Origin: an uncultured Candidatus Binatia bacterium
GTDB lineage: Bacteria > Desulfobacterota > Binatia > UBA9968 > JAJDTQ01
NCBI GenBank assembly: GCA_964291295.2
Contig: OZ219754.1
Location: 3,424,001 to 3,488,000 of the forward strand
Direction of reading: 5' to 3'
Length of the DNA stretch: 64,000 nt
Shown here piece after piece: positions 54,246 through 64,000 of this stretch. The notes under the pieces are model-generated. The model had not been told where the DNA came from, searched no databases, and worked only from the letters and a program-made list of their open reading frames with translations. Within the stretch, counting starts at the first letter, position 1. Each line of letters opens with the position of its first letter. A program made the position numbers and the translations under genes.

Positions 54246-55334
54246 TCAAGGCCGGATCAACGCCTTGGTCGGAAACAGCTCCGGTATCTCGCCGCCCACG
54301 GCCTGGATGCACTTCTCGGTCTCGTCCAGCGAGAAGACATGGCTTACCATCTCCTCCACCGGGAACCGGGTGGCCTCGATTAGCCGCATGGTGGCCTCCA
54401 CCGCGTCGTTGTCGCCGGTGAAACAACCCTGGAGCTTGATCTCGCCCCACACCAGCTTGTCCATGTGGACCTCGGTGACGGTCTTGTCGCCGGTGAGCCC
54501 GGCCAGCACCAGGGTCCCCTGGCGGCGCAGGCAATCGATGGAGGCCAGGATCGCCCGGGGGTTGCCCGACACGTCCACCACAACGTCCGCCATGGCGCCG
54601 TCGGTCTCCTCCCGCACGACGTCCACCACGTTCTCTTCCTCGACGTTGATGACCCGGTGGGCGCCCCACTTCTTCGCCAACTCCATCCGGGGCGCGTCCC
54701 GGCCGATACCGGATACCAGGATCTTCGCCGCGCCCGCGTGTCTGGCGGCGAAGGTACAGGCCAACCCCTGCTGTCCGGGACCCTGGATCAGCACGTAGTC
54801 GCCCATGGTGACGCCGCCACGGCGCAGCGCCCACTGAAACCCGTTGGCCATGACCGAGCCGATGAGGGCGGCCGCCTCGGCCGGAAGGTCGTCGCTGACC
54901 CGGGTCATCAGCACGTCGGGAGCCAGATAGAGATAGTCCGCAAAGCCGCCGAAGAGGTGCGGCGGGGCGGCGCTGGTGGTGCGGCCGCCGTAGTTGGTCC
55001 GGTTCCGGCAGAACCGCTGCGCGTTACGCCGGCAGTCGGTGCAGCGGCCGCAGCCGATGGCGCCCTTGAGGATGACGCGGTCCCCCTCCTTGACGCCGTG
55101 GATCTTCGCGGCCTTGGAGCCGAGCTTCTCCACTCGGCCCAGGATCTCGTGGCCCAGGATGATGGGCAGGGGCAGATTGATCCGGCCGTGGTAGTATTTG
55201 ACGTCGGAGCCGCAGACGCCTCCCATCTCCACCTTCAGCAATCCGCCGTCTTCGGGAATCTCGGGTATGGGATATTCCCGGATCTCGAGCTTGTCGGGGG
55301 CGAGCAACGTCGCCGCTCTGCTGGTGTTCGCCAT
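54246..55334 (-). CDS. Zinc-dependent alcohol dehydrogenase (MDR family)
   Basis: GVCGSD, LGHE, CGRCTDC..C and GPGQQG. Confidence 0.9.
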   Translation of the reverse strand: MANTSRAATLLAPDKLEIREYPIPEIPEDGGLLKVEMGGVCGSDVKYYHGRINLPLPIILGHEILGRVEKLGSKAAKIHGVKEGDRVILKGAIGCGRCTDCRRNAQRFCRNRTNYGGRTTSAAPPHLFGGFADYLYLAPDVLMTRVSDDLPAEAAALIGSVMANGFQWALRRGGVTMGDYVLIQGPGQQGLACTFAARHAGAAKILVSGIGRDAPRMELAKKWGAHRVINVEEENVVDVVREETDGAMADVVVDVSGNPRAILASIDCLRRQGTLVLAGLTGDKTVTEVHMDKLVWGEIKLQGCFTGDNDAVEATMRLIEATRFPVEEMVSHVFSLDETEKCIQAVGGEIPELFPTKALIRP

Positions 55335-55449
55335 CGTGTACCTCCTTGACGGACGCGGTGATTCCCGCGGTCCCATGCCACCACCCCGCTCCGTCCGGCT
55401 TGTGCGCAAGGTCGGACTCGAAGCGCAGGTGCCCCATACCACTTGCGGT

Positions 55450-56805
55450 TCAGTCGATGAAATCCTCCAGACGGACCCGTCCGTGCACCGCGTCCGGCAC
55501 GGCGAGCCGCCTGGGAAAGTCCTTCCGTTTCTTGGTGGCGTCGATCACCATCTTGGCCGTCAGGCCTCCCTGTCCGCTGGACGGGTCGATCTCCGATCCC
55601 TGGCAGCGGGGAACGACCAGCGTGTCGGTGTCCGCCTGGACACGGTTGGCCACCGCCCACATCACGTCGCGCTCGTTGTAGACGTCCACGTCGCCGTCCA
55701 CCACGATCACCAGCTTGAGGTAGAGATCCGTGGCCATGGCCGCCATGGCCGCGTTGCGCACCTCTCCATCCGAGCGCTTGTCCAGGGAGACGTAGCAGTG
55801 AAACCGGGAACACCCGGACGGCGGCATGTGCACGGCCCGGGTGCCGGCGGCCAACGCCTTCACCGCCCTGAAGATCGCCGCCTCCCGCGGGATGGACCCC
55901 ATCAGCCGCTGCTCCGAGTGGCCGGTGAAGATATCCTGGTAGAGCGGCTTTTCGCGCAACGTGACGCCGGTGATCTCCGCCACATGATTCCTGCGCACGC
56001 CAACGGCGTGGCCCGTGAACTCCCCGAAGGGCCCCTCCTCTTCGCGCACGCGGGGCAGGATCCGCCCCTCGAGAACCATCTCCGCCTGGGCCGGAACCTC
56101 AAGGTCCACGGTCTCGCAGCGCACCAGCGGCACCGGCTGCCGCATCATGCCGCCGATGACGTCGTACTCGTCCACGTCAAAGGCGGCCAGCGACAGCGCA
56201 CCGATGGCGAAGGCGGGATGGACCCCCACGACGAAGGCGATGTCCAGCGGTTCGTCCCGTTCCTCGGCATTGCGCTGGCAGCGCATGAGGTGCATTCCCG
56301 GCGCCAGGTGCATGCGCAGGCGGTTCCGCTCCACCATCATGGCTCGGTTGAAGCTGAGATTGCGCACCCCGCTCAGGGGGTCTCGGGCCACCACGATGCC
56401 CGCGGTCACATACGGTGCCGTGCTGACGTCGAAGTGCGTCAACAGGGGAATCTCGCCCAGGTCCACAGCCACGCCGGTGCGCACCACCTCCTTGACCGGC
56501 CCGTCCTCGACGAGCTCCGGCGCCACCGGGTTGCGTTCCCGGCTGCGGTACTCCTCCACCAGATCGTTGGCATCCACGTCCAGCGCCATGGCCAGACGCT
56601 TGCGGGTGGCATGCAGGTTCGTGATGACAGGCATGGAGAAACCCCGCACCTCGTGCACGAACAGCGCGGGGAACCTCCCGGACGATTCGAGTTCCATGAG
56701 CAGGGCGGTCACCTCATGCTCGGGCCGCACCGGCTTGCGGATGTGCAGCAGTTCCTCAGGTCCCTCGTCTTCCAGACGGTCCACGAATGACCGCAGATCC
56801 TTCAT
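55450..56805 (-). CDS. UbiD family (prFMN) decarboxylase
   Basis: DLRSF, EGPFGEFTG, VIVVD.DVDV, V.WA and IDAT. Confidence 0.92.
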   Translation of the reverse strand: MKDLRSFVDRLEDEGPEELLHIRKPVRPEHEVTALLMELESSGRFPALFVHEVRGFSMPVITNLHATRKRLAMALDVDANDLVEEYRSRERNPVAPELVEDGPVKEVVRTGVAVDLGEIPLLTHFDVSTAPYVTAGIVVARDPLSGVRNLSFNRAMMVERNRLRMHLAPGMHLMRCQRNAEERDEPLDIAFVVGVHPAFAIGALSLAAFDVDEYDVIGGMMRQPVPLVRCETVDLEVPAQAEMVLEGRILPRVREEEGPFGEFTGHAVGVRRNHVAEITGVTLREKPLYQDIFTGHSEQRLMGSIPREAAIFRAVKALAAGTRAVHMPPSGCSRFHCYVSLDKRSDGEVRNAAMAAMATDLYLKLVIVVDGDVDVYNERDVMWAVANRVQADTDTLVVPRCQGSEIDPSSGQGGLTAKMVIDATKKRKDFPRRLAVPDAVHGRVRLEDFID

Positions 56806-56841
56806 GGGGGTTCTCCGTTGCCGCAGCCGCGGTGCCGACGG

Positions 56842-57843
56842 TCAGGCCATGCCGAACAGCCGCTCGGCGTTCCCGCCCAGGATCTTGTCCCGTTCCGTCC
56901 GGCTCAGACGAATCTTCTCGACGATCTCCAGGGGCCGGGGATCCCCGATGCCGAACGGACAGTCGCTGCCGAGCAGCACATGGTCGGCCCCCGCCTCCGC
57001 GACCAGGAACTCCAGCACGTCGGGTTCGAACACGATGGTGTCGTAGTAGAACCAGCGCAGCACGTCCGCGCCCATGAGTGCGGTGTTCTTCCGGATGTCC
57101 GGCTGGATCTCCCGGCCCCGGGTCATGCGGCCGAACTGGTAGGGCAGGAAGCCGCCGCCGTGGCAAAGGATGATCCTGAGGTCCGGGAAACGGTCCAGCA
57201 CGCCGCTGAAGTAGAGACAGGCCACCGCCACGGTGGTATCCGCCAGCAGACCCACCACATGGGTCAGGAAGTACTTGCCCAGCCGGTCGATGCCCAGCGG
57301 GTTCAGCGGATGGATGATGAGCGGCACCTTGAGGCGCTCGGCGCTCTTCCAGAAGGGATCCAGCCCCGGATCGTCAAGATTGGCGCCATCGATGTTGGAG
57401 CCGATCATGGCGCCCGTGAGCCCGCACTCCCCGACCGCGTACTCCAACTCCTCGGCCGCCCGGGCGCCATCCTGCAGCGGCACGGTGGCGGTGCCGCGGA
57501 ACAGGCCCTCCCGGTCGCCGTCGGCCAGGGCCTCGCGCATGGAATCGTTCAGCATGCGGCTCCAGCGGACCGCCTGCTCCACCGGAAGCATGTAGCCCAC
57601 GACATCCATCCACGCCGACAGGATCTGCCGGTCCAGGCGACTCTCCCGCACCGTGTCCCGGCGCCGGGGCAGATCCGTGGCGGGCGCCAGAATGGGCCGG
57701 GCCAACGCCCGCCCCTGCCCCAGCCGCAGCCGCGGCCCCTGCGGTGTTTCCTCCCCCACCTCCACCCCGAAGGACCCTCCGTCCCGGCGGAGCCGTTCCA
57801 GCACGGCCGGCGGCACGTAGTGCGCGTGACAGTCGATTTTCAT
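56842..57843 (-). CDS. Amidohydrolase_2 family protein (ACMSD-like decarboxylase)
   Basis: IDCHAH, TVPLQD, IHP, HGGG, YDT and LGSDCPF. Confidence 0.88.
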   Translation of the reverse strand: MKIDCHAHYVPPAVLERLRRDGGSFGVEVGEETPQGPRLRLGQGRALARPILAPATDLPRRRDTVRESRLDRQILSAWMDVVGYMLPVEQAVRWSRMLNDSMREALADGDREGLFRGTATVPLQDGARAAEELEYAVGECGLTGAMIGSNIDGANLDDPGLDPFWKSAERLKVPLIIHPLNPLGIDRLGKYFLTHVVGLLADTTVAVACLYFSGVLDRFPDLRIILCHGGGFLPYQFGRMTRGREIQPDIRKNTALMGADVLRWFYYDTIVFEPDVLEFLVAEAGADHVLLGSDCPFGIGDPRPLEIVEKIRLSRTERDKILGGNAERLFGMA

Positions 57844-57926
57844 GGTGCAGCCTCGATGATGATGACCGGCGGGGTTCCAGGTGGCGGTCGGTCCTTCAGA
57901 AAGCCTGCCGGCTGCGGTCGACACGG

Positions 57927-58176
57927 TTGAACCGCCCGCGGTTCCGCATGATCCGTGTGCACCGCCTAGCCACCAGACAGCCGCCGGTGCAAAGGCCGCC
58001 GCCTTCCTCTTCCCGGCACGCGGGTGAGTGCCGGTTCGCCTGCCGCCCGCTCCGGCAGCGCGTGCGGATTGATATCGGGGAGAGCCGCAACGAGATCGAC
58101 GCCGGCCTCCTTCAGCCCCTCGACGATCAGTCCCGGTCCGGATCCGGTCCCGGTCCGGGATGGCCGGCCACGTCAT
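57927..58176 (-). pseudogene. Degraded sulfopyruvate/phosphonopyruvate decarboxylase alpha-subunit-like (ComD) remnant
   Basis: GGAGGAG RBS and ATG, then across frameshifts IVEGLKEAGVDLVAALPDIN, REEEGGGLCTG and IMRN.G.FN. Confidence 0.55.
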
Positions 58177-58730
58177 GCTCCTCCATACCATTTCGAAGTC
58201 TGAATATCTCTTTTTTGCACCCACCGCGTCAACCGCACCGGGTGCGCCGCCCGCGGTGCCGCGGCGTGCCTTCGTCCGGGTCGGCACACGGCCCCGGGCA
58301 AGTTGCGGGCGCACCGGCTATTGGCTAAGTTTCATGGCGCGGGGCGTGTAGCCGCGCCGCGTCGAATGTGTCGAAGGGAGCCCGCGGACATCGTGAATCC
58401 CGGCGTCGGACTGCCGTTCCGGACCTCCAATCACCAGCCGACCTTTGAGGCCTTGGTGCCCAAGGCCGACCCCGGATCCCGCACCGGGCGGCGCGCGGCG
58501 GCGTCGATGCCGGCGGCGTCGGGTAGCAGAGCGGAGGCTGCCGGGAGCGGCAGTGACCGTGCGCGCCTCGAAGCCCGGCCGGCCCGGGCCAGGTTCACCG
58601 ACCTGGAAGCCCTTCGCGGGGCTGTCGCGCTCCATCGTGCACCGGGCACCGCCGAACCGACCCCGAAGCTCGCAGCCCCCGGGCCGAATCCCATCCACCG
58701 GTTGACCGAGGTGGTCGCCAAGGAGTCGTA

Positions 58731-59639
58731 ATGCCCCCAAGCCGTCTCGTCCCCACGGACCATGAGGTATACCTGGATCACGTGGGGCTCTTCGTACCGG
58801 ACTTCGACGCCTCTCCCCGAAGGCTCCAGGAGCTGGGCTTCTCCCTGACCCCGTTCGTGGCCCACATGGCCAGTACCGAGCCCGGCGTCGAGCCCACCCC
58901 CAGCGGCACCGGAAACCGCTGCGCCATCTTCAGACAAGGCTATCTTGAAATGCTCGGACCCACTGTGGACACGCCGCTTTCGCGCCAGCTCCGGGCGCAA
59001 CTCGACCGCTACCCCGGATGGCACCTGATCGCGTTCGCGGCCAACCACCCCGAGGAAAACCACGAGCGCATCCGCCGGGACGGCTTCAGCCCGTTGCCGC
59101 TGGTGCGGCTGGCCCGCCCGGTGCCCACGGACACCGGGCAGGAGACCTGCCGTTTCTCGGTGATCCGGGTGCCGCCGGAGACCATGCCCGAGGGTCGTAT
59201 CCAGATCGTCACGCACCACACGCCGGAGTTGGTGTGGCAGCCTCGCGACCTGCATCAGCCCAACGGCGCCGTCGCCCTTGCCGGCGTGCTGGTGTGCGTG
59301 GACGATCCGCGGGAGGCGTGCGAGCGATTCAGCCGCTTCGCCGGCGTCGGAGCGGTGGAATGGACAGACACCTGGGAAATGGGGCTCCAGCAGGGCCGCG
59401 TGGTCTTCATCGAAGGCCGGCGCTTCCGCGAGCGTTATCCGGACCGGAACCTCCCCTGCACGCCCTATATCGCCGAGGTCTCCCTGCGCACCGACGACCT
59501 GGCCGCCACGCGCCGCTATTTCGACGGCGCCGGCATCCTCTACGAGACCCCTGCCAGCGACGCGCTGCGCATTCCCGGCGCCGAGGCCCTGGGGGCCTCC
59601 TTTCTTTTCCACGCGTCACCGGAGGGAGGCATCCCCTGA
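58731..59639 (+). CDS. VOC/glyoxalase-like domain protein
   Basis: LDHVG, LGF.LTP, GTGN..F..GYLE and HQPNGA..L. Confidence 0.82.
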   Translation: MPPSRLVPTDHEVYLDHVGLFVPDFDASPRRLQELGFSLTPFVAHMASTEPGVEPTPSGTGNRCAIFRQGYLEMLGPTVDTPLSRQLRAQLDRYPGWHLIAFAANHPEENHERIRRDGFSPLPLVRLARPVPTDTGQETCRFSVIRVPPETMPEGRIQIVTHHTPELVWQPRDLHQPNGAVALAGVLVCVDDPREACERFSRFAGVGAVEWTDTWEMGLQQGRVVFIEGRRFRERYPDRNLPCTPYIAEVSLRTDDLAATRRYFDGAGILYETPASDALRIPGAEALGASFLFHASPEGGIP

Positions 59640-61006
59640 GCACGGACACACGCTACGACTACGATCTGTTCACCATCGGCGCGGGCTCAGGTGGCGTGCG
59701 CGCCAGCCGCGTGGCGGCCGCCTGTGGCGCCCGCGCGGCGGTGGCGGAGGAGCGCCGTCTGGGCGGCACCTGTGTCAACGTCGGCTGCATTCCCAAGAAG
59801 TTGCTGGTCTACGGCTCCCACTTCGGCGGCGACTTCGAGGACGCCGCAGGCTTTGGCTGGACCGTTGGCGACCGGACCTTCGACTGGCCGGCGCTGATCC
59901 GGAACAAGGACCGCGAGATCGCACGGCTCAACTCGATCTACCGCGAACTGCTCGAACGCCACGGGGTCGATCTGTTCGAGTCCCGGGCCCGGGTGCTGGA
60001 CCCGCACACCGTGGAGGTAGGCGGCCGAAAGGTGACCGCCGCCAACATACTGGTGGCCACCGGCGGCTGGCCCACGGTGCCCGACGTTCCCGGCAAGGAG
60101 CATGCCATCACATCCAACGAGGCATTTCACCTGGCGGAGATGCCCCGGCGCGTGGTCATCGTCGGCGGCGGCTACATCGCGGTGGAGTTCGCCGGCATCT
60201 TCAACGGCCTCGGCGCCGAGGTCACCCAGCTCTATCGCGGCCCACTGTTCATGCGCGGCTTCGACCTCGACGTCCGCAACACGCTGGCCGACGAAATGCG
60301 CAAGAAAGGCATCGACCTGCGCTTCGGCGCCGACATTGCCGGCATCGAGCGGGACGGCGGCAGCCTGACCGCCGCGCTGAAGGACGGCGCCACCCTGAAG
60401 ACCGATGCGGTGATGTTCGCCACCGGCAGGCTGCCCAATACCCGCGGCCTGGGAATCGGGGAGATCGGCGTCGAACTCGCGGGCAACGGCGCGGTGGTGG
60501 TGGACGAGCGCTACCGGACCCGCGTCCCGTCCATCTGGGCGCTGGGGGACGTGACCCACCGGGTCACCCTCACCCCCGTGGCCATTGCCGAGGCGATGAT
60601 CTTCGCCCGAAGCCTCTTCAGAGGCGACGTCGAGCCCATGCACTACAGGAACATTCCGTCCGCGGTCTTCAGCCAACCGCCGGTGGGCACCGTGGGCTAC
60701 ACCGAGGAAGCCGCCCGGGAGAGCTGCGGGGAGGTGGACGTCTACCGGTCGGTCTTTCGCCCGCTCAAGCACACCCTGTCCGGCCGGGACGAAAAGACGA
60801 TGATGAAGCTCGTGGCCGAGCGGGCCAGCAACCGGGTGGTGGGCTGCCACATGGTGGGGGCGGACGCCGGCGAGATCGTCCAGGGGCTGGCGGTGGCACT
60901 CAACTGCAACGCCACCAAGGCCGACTTCGACCGTACCATCGGGATCCATCCCACCGCCGCGGAGGAGTTCGTCACCATGCGCGAATCCGCCGCGGCCGGG
61001 AACTAG
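59636..61006 (+). CDS. gor: Glutathione-disulfide reductase
   Basis: [39 protein letters not shown] and GIHPTAAEE. Confidence 0.95.
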   Translation: MSTDTRYDYDLFTIGAGSGGVRASRVAAACGARAAVAEERRLGGTCVNVGCIPKKLLVYGSHFGGDFEDAAGFGWTVGDRTFDWPALIRNKDREIARLNSIYRELLERHGVDLFESRARVLDPHTVEVGGRKVTAANILVATGGWPTVPDVPGKEHAITSNEAFHLAEMPRRVVIVGGGYIAVEFAGIFNGLGAEVTQLYRGPLFMRGFDLDVRNTLADEMRKKGIDLRFGADIAGIERDGGSLTAALKDGATLKTDAVMFATGRLPNTRGLGIGEIGVELAGNGAVVVDERYRTRVPSIWALGDVTHRVTLTPVAIAEAMIFARSLFRGDVEPMHYRNIPSAVFSQPPVGTVGYTEEAARESCGEVDVYRSVFRPLKHTLSGRDEKTMMKLVAERASNRVVGCHMVGADAGEIVQGLAVALNCNATKADFDRTIGIHPTAAEEFVTMRESAAAGN

Positions 61007-61015
61007 ACCCACACG

Positions 61016-61360
61016 TTGACGGAGATGGGCCGAGTCGGATCGATTCTGGCGGTTTGCCTTGCCTTGGCGCTGTCAAGCGCCTGCGGCGAGAAAGGCGAAG
61101 AGGCGAAGGGACCGGACCCGGCCCGAGGGAGGCGGCTGTACCTCGCGACCTGCATCGTCTGTCACAATACGGATCCGGGCAAGCCGGGCTCCCAGGGGCC
61201 GGCCGTCAAGGGGGCTTCCCTGGAACTCCTGGAGGCCAAGGTCCTGCACAAGCGCTATCCGCCCGGCTACACGCCGAAACGCACCACCAACGCCATGCCC
61301 ACCTACCCCCAGCTCCGGAAAAGAATGGCCGATATCACCGCCTATCTGGCGCAGCCGTAG
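61016..61360 (+). CDS. Monoheme cytochrome c, probable lipoprotein
   Basis: Lipobox LSSAC, CIVCH and distal MP. Confidence 0.85.
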   Translation: MTEMGRVGSILAVCLALALSSACGEKGEEAKGPDPARGRRLYLATCIVCHNTDPGKPGSQGPAVKGASLELLEAKVLHKRYPPGYTPKRTTNAMPTYPQLRKRMADITAYLAQP

Positions 61361-61365
61361 GCGGC

Positions 61366-62064
61366 CTACGCCATCTCCAGGAGAATCCAGTAGATCAAGG
61401 TGAGGATCAGGCCGCTCCAGATCACGCCCGGGATGGAGGTCAGGAGCTTCTTGGTGCCGCCCCCGGGATTGCCCGCCAGGGCGTTGATCTCCACCACGGC
61501 GATGATCGCCAGGCTGACGATCCAGAAGATCGCCACGCCGCCGCCGTACTCGCCGTGCGGATAGTGGCTCGCCGCCCCCATGAGGAACAGCATGGGCATG
61601 GACAACATCGTGTTGGTGCGGGAGGCGAAGCCGGCCCACTGCCCCTTGCTCGCCGCATCGGGAAGCGCCTCGCCGCCCTCGGCCACCTTGCGGGCGGAGG
61701 CGATGACGACCTGCTGATTGGGCCAGATCACCAGCCACACATTGAGGAACATGATCGTTCCCATGACGCCGCCGACGGTGATGGCCATGCCGTAGCCGCT
61801 GGTGAAGAAATCACTGCTCAACTGCCCCAGCTTGATGAGCCACATGAGAATACCCGCCAGGAAGGTGAACATCGCGCCCCAGCGAAACCACCAGAGGGCG
61901 CGGGGCACGAGTTTCTGGATGGCGCCGCTGCGAACCGCCGCTTCGGTCTCGGCGAAGAACGGGGTCTGAACGAAGTTGAAGTAGTAGAGCAAGCCGATCC
62001 AGGTCACGCCGGCCAAGAAATGCACCCACCGCAGCAAGAACTCGATTATACCAACGAACTCCAT
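61366..62064 (-). CDS. PuuD / urate-oxidase-N-like membrane protein
   Basis: RWVHFLAGVTWIGLLYYF, WFRWGA, MFLNVW.VIWPNQ and SRTNT.LS.PMLF.M...H. Confidence 0.8.
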   Translation of the reverse strand: MEFVGIIEFLLRWVHFLAGVTWIGLLYYFNFVQTPFFAETEAAVRSGAIQKLVPRALWWFRWGAMFTFLAGILMWLIKLGQLSSDFFTSGYGMAITVGGVMGTIMFLNVWLVIWPNQQVVIASARKVAEGGEALPDAASKGQWAGFASRTNTMLSMPMLFLMGAASHYPHGEYGGGVAIFWIVSLAIIAVVEINALAGNPGGGTKKLLTSIPGVIWSGLILTLIYWILLEMA

Positions 62065-62152
62065 CAGGTACCTCCTGTTTGTGTCTGGTAAAACAACCCG
62101 GCGCATTATACGCCGTAACGGGCCGGATGGTCAACGAAAGGCCCCACGCCAT

Positions 62153-64000
62153 TCATCCCTCCGCCATGAGCGAGCGGACCTTCTCGTACAGTTCACGAAG
62201 CCGCGCCCTGTAGTAATCCACGTTCTCGTCGGGCTTGTCCGGATCCCACCGGGAAACATGCCGGCAGTTTTCGTTCACCATCGGGTGGGCCCCTTCCCCC
62301 GAGACGTAGTAGGAGATCTGGTCTCCGGGCAGATATGTCCGTTCCGAGTTCAGGGCCACCTCATAGGCGCCGCGGGGATGCTGCTTCCCGCCCTTGACCT
62401 TCATCTGGTAGTCGTCCAAGGACTCCCGCAGGGTCTCGGTCCGCTTGAGCAGCAGGAGGTCGAGGCCGTGATCGGCGATGCGCTCGCGACATCGCTCGTA
62501 CAGCGCCCGGATCTCGTCCTTTCGCCCCTGCAGCAGGAGCGCGAGCGCTTCCCGAAGCCACTCGCGCCGATAGCGCTCGAGTCCGCGCGAACTCAGTTCG
62601 GGGCCGGCGGCGGAGACTCGGCCCTGCTCGTCCAGCAGCGCGTGGCTCCCGGGCCCATGACAGAACATCGCCCGGTACCGCGCAAGGGGCAGTTCGACCT
62701 TCCACGGCAGCGCCGCCGCCGCCTGTGCCGCCACCTCCTCCTCCAGCCCGGGCCGGGGAACGACGTAGACGCCCGCGGCATCCACCGTCACGACCCGATG
62801 ACCGCACGCATCAAGCCGCGCGGCCAACCCGCGGACCACCTCGCCACCGGCATGGGTGACCGCGTCGGCGGCACGGACATCGTTGAAGTGGCCTTCGGGA
62901 AAAGCCAGGTAGTCGTGAAACGCCCGCAGCAACAGCCCGAGATTGGATCGGGCGGTGGCAAGAAAACGCCCGGCGTCTGGCGCGGGAGCCGCGCCGCGCA
63001 TCCACCCGCCGTCTTCCCGCAGATCCCGGAGCCGGCGCAGCAATTCCGGGAAGACGCCGATCTCGTCCGCCCTCGGGCGGCAGCCCCGCGCCAGCATCAC
63101 CGCCGGGTACAGCGCCGTGACTTCGCAGCACAGGACGGGCCGTGACAACCCCCGGACCTTCAGCACCGCCGGCTTCCGCGCCGCCGGCTCCCCGGTCTCG
63201 GGGGCGGAAAAGGAATGGCGCCGCGCCAGATATTCCCTGAGCATGAGCCCGTCGATCTTGGCCGGGTCGTCCACCAGCTCCGTATCCTGGTAGCGGTACG
63301 GAAATATCCGCGCCTGAACGTAGTAGCCGGACGAAAGCGCCGCCGATATCTCACGGGTTTCGCGCACGTCGTCCAGAGCGTAGCGGAACAGGGTGTCCGG
63401 GTCGTGGTCAAAGTACCAGCTTGCCTCGGCGCCCGGCATGTAGGTTCTCTGCGGGGACGCCACACCGAAATGGCGCGCCACGTCCTTGAGTCCGTTCCGC
63501 TCGAGATCGGGGTTCGCCTGACTGTAGCGCAGGGCGAGGAACCAGGTATCGATGACGTGCCGCCCGTGAATCCTGTAGTCGGGATACGGGATCACGCGCT
63601 CCCCGACCCGAAACCGGGCCCGGCGGTGCCGCATCGCGCTGCCGTCCCTTCCCACGGCCAAGGTGACGCCGTGACGCCGGGCACGTTCATCCAGGTAGGG
63701 CAGATCGAAGCGAAAGAGGTTGTGACCCTCGATCACGTCCGGGTCGCGGGCGCCGACCTCCCGCACCATCTCCGCCAGCATCGCCCCCTCGTCGTGGTCC
63801 CTGCCGGACAGGAGCCGCTCCCAGCCGGTGCTGTCCGACATGGCGATGGCGGTGATGCGATCGCCTTCCCGAAGCGGATTGGGAAACTCGAACCCCGCCG
63901 TGCGGTACACTTCCAGATCGATCTGCATGCGCACGAGGCGCTGAAAGGCCATGCCAACGAAATGCGTCGTGCCGGACCACAGGAGGAACTGTTGCACGGG
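62153..64000 (-). CDS. Family-B DNA polymerase homolog with degenerate polymerase motifs (5' end outside the window)
   Basis: Exonuclease motifs DLE, GHNLFRFDLPYL and YALDD intact; polymerase motifs read EVTALYP and VDAAGVY. Confidence 0.8.
   Translation of the reverse strand, partial: PVQQFLLWSGTTHFVGMAFQRLVRMQIDLEVYRTAGFEFPNPLREGDRITAIAMSDSTGWERLLSGRDHDEGAMLAEMVREVGARDPDVIEGHNLFRFDLPYLDERARRHGVTLAVGRDGSAMRHRRARFRVGERVIPYPDYRIHGRHVIDTWFLALRYSQANPDLERNGLKDVARHFGVASPQRTYMPGAEASWYFDHDPDTLFRYALDDVRETREISAALSSGYYVQARIFPYRYQDTELVDDPAKIDGLMLREYLARRHSFSAPETGEPAARKPAVLKVRGLSRPVLCCEVTALYPAVMLARGCRPRADEIGVFPELLRRLRDLREDGGWMRGAAPAPDAGRFLATARSNLGLLLRAFHDYLAFPEGHFNDVRAADAVTHAGGEVVRGLAARLDACGHRVVTVDAAGVYVVPRPGLEEEVAAQAAAALPWKVELPLARYRAMFCHGPGSHALLDEQGRVSAAGPELSSRGLERYRREWLREALALLLQGRKDEIRALYERCRERIADHGLDLLLLKRTETLRESLDDYQMKVKGGKQHPRGAYEVALNSERTYLPGDQISYYVSGEGAHPMVNENCRHVSRWDPDKPDENVDYYRARLRELYEKVRSLMAEG

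Noticed and set aside
58303-58731. 142-aa ORF upstream of the glyoxalase-like gene
   Set aside because: No convincing start or family motif; possibly an eroded gene but unsupported.

Overview
GC-rich bacterial chromosome segment. The ispE-spoVG-tRNA-Gln-prs-rplY-pth order suggests a deltaproteobacterial-grade lineage such as Binatia (inference only). Most of the window is housekeeping or metabolic: Lon-like protease, AttEFGH-like ABC system, trpBA, panE, surE, argS, thrC, two different succinate dehydrogenase-type operons in tandem, split transketolase, ribosomal genes, hppA, a UbiD cluster and gor. The main discovery is a complete diversity-generating retroelement (DGR) on the minus strand, inside a decayed ~9 kb island (36.6-45.8 kb). 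Its order is target gene (signal peptide, Sel1, PG-binding-like, ankyrin, FGE/CLec domain with VR 39494-39617), then a GTA-loop hairpin, avd, reverse transcriptase, and TR (37769-37892). In a manual alignment of the 124-bp TR/VR pair, 15 of 18 mismatches fall on TR adenines. The TR overlaps the RT stop codon, and the avd/RT junction has a G7 tract and no clear RT start. The target is the last of three tightly packed genes for probable secreted proteins. Other oddities: two broken Rpn genes that keep the internal antitoxin start (one bracketed by inverted IS630 ends at CTAG), an atypical SdhA-SdhB-HdrB-like complex lacking the covalent-FAD His, and a family-B polymerase with a degenerate polymerase site but intact exonuclease motifs. 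All calls come from motif reading; no database searches were run.
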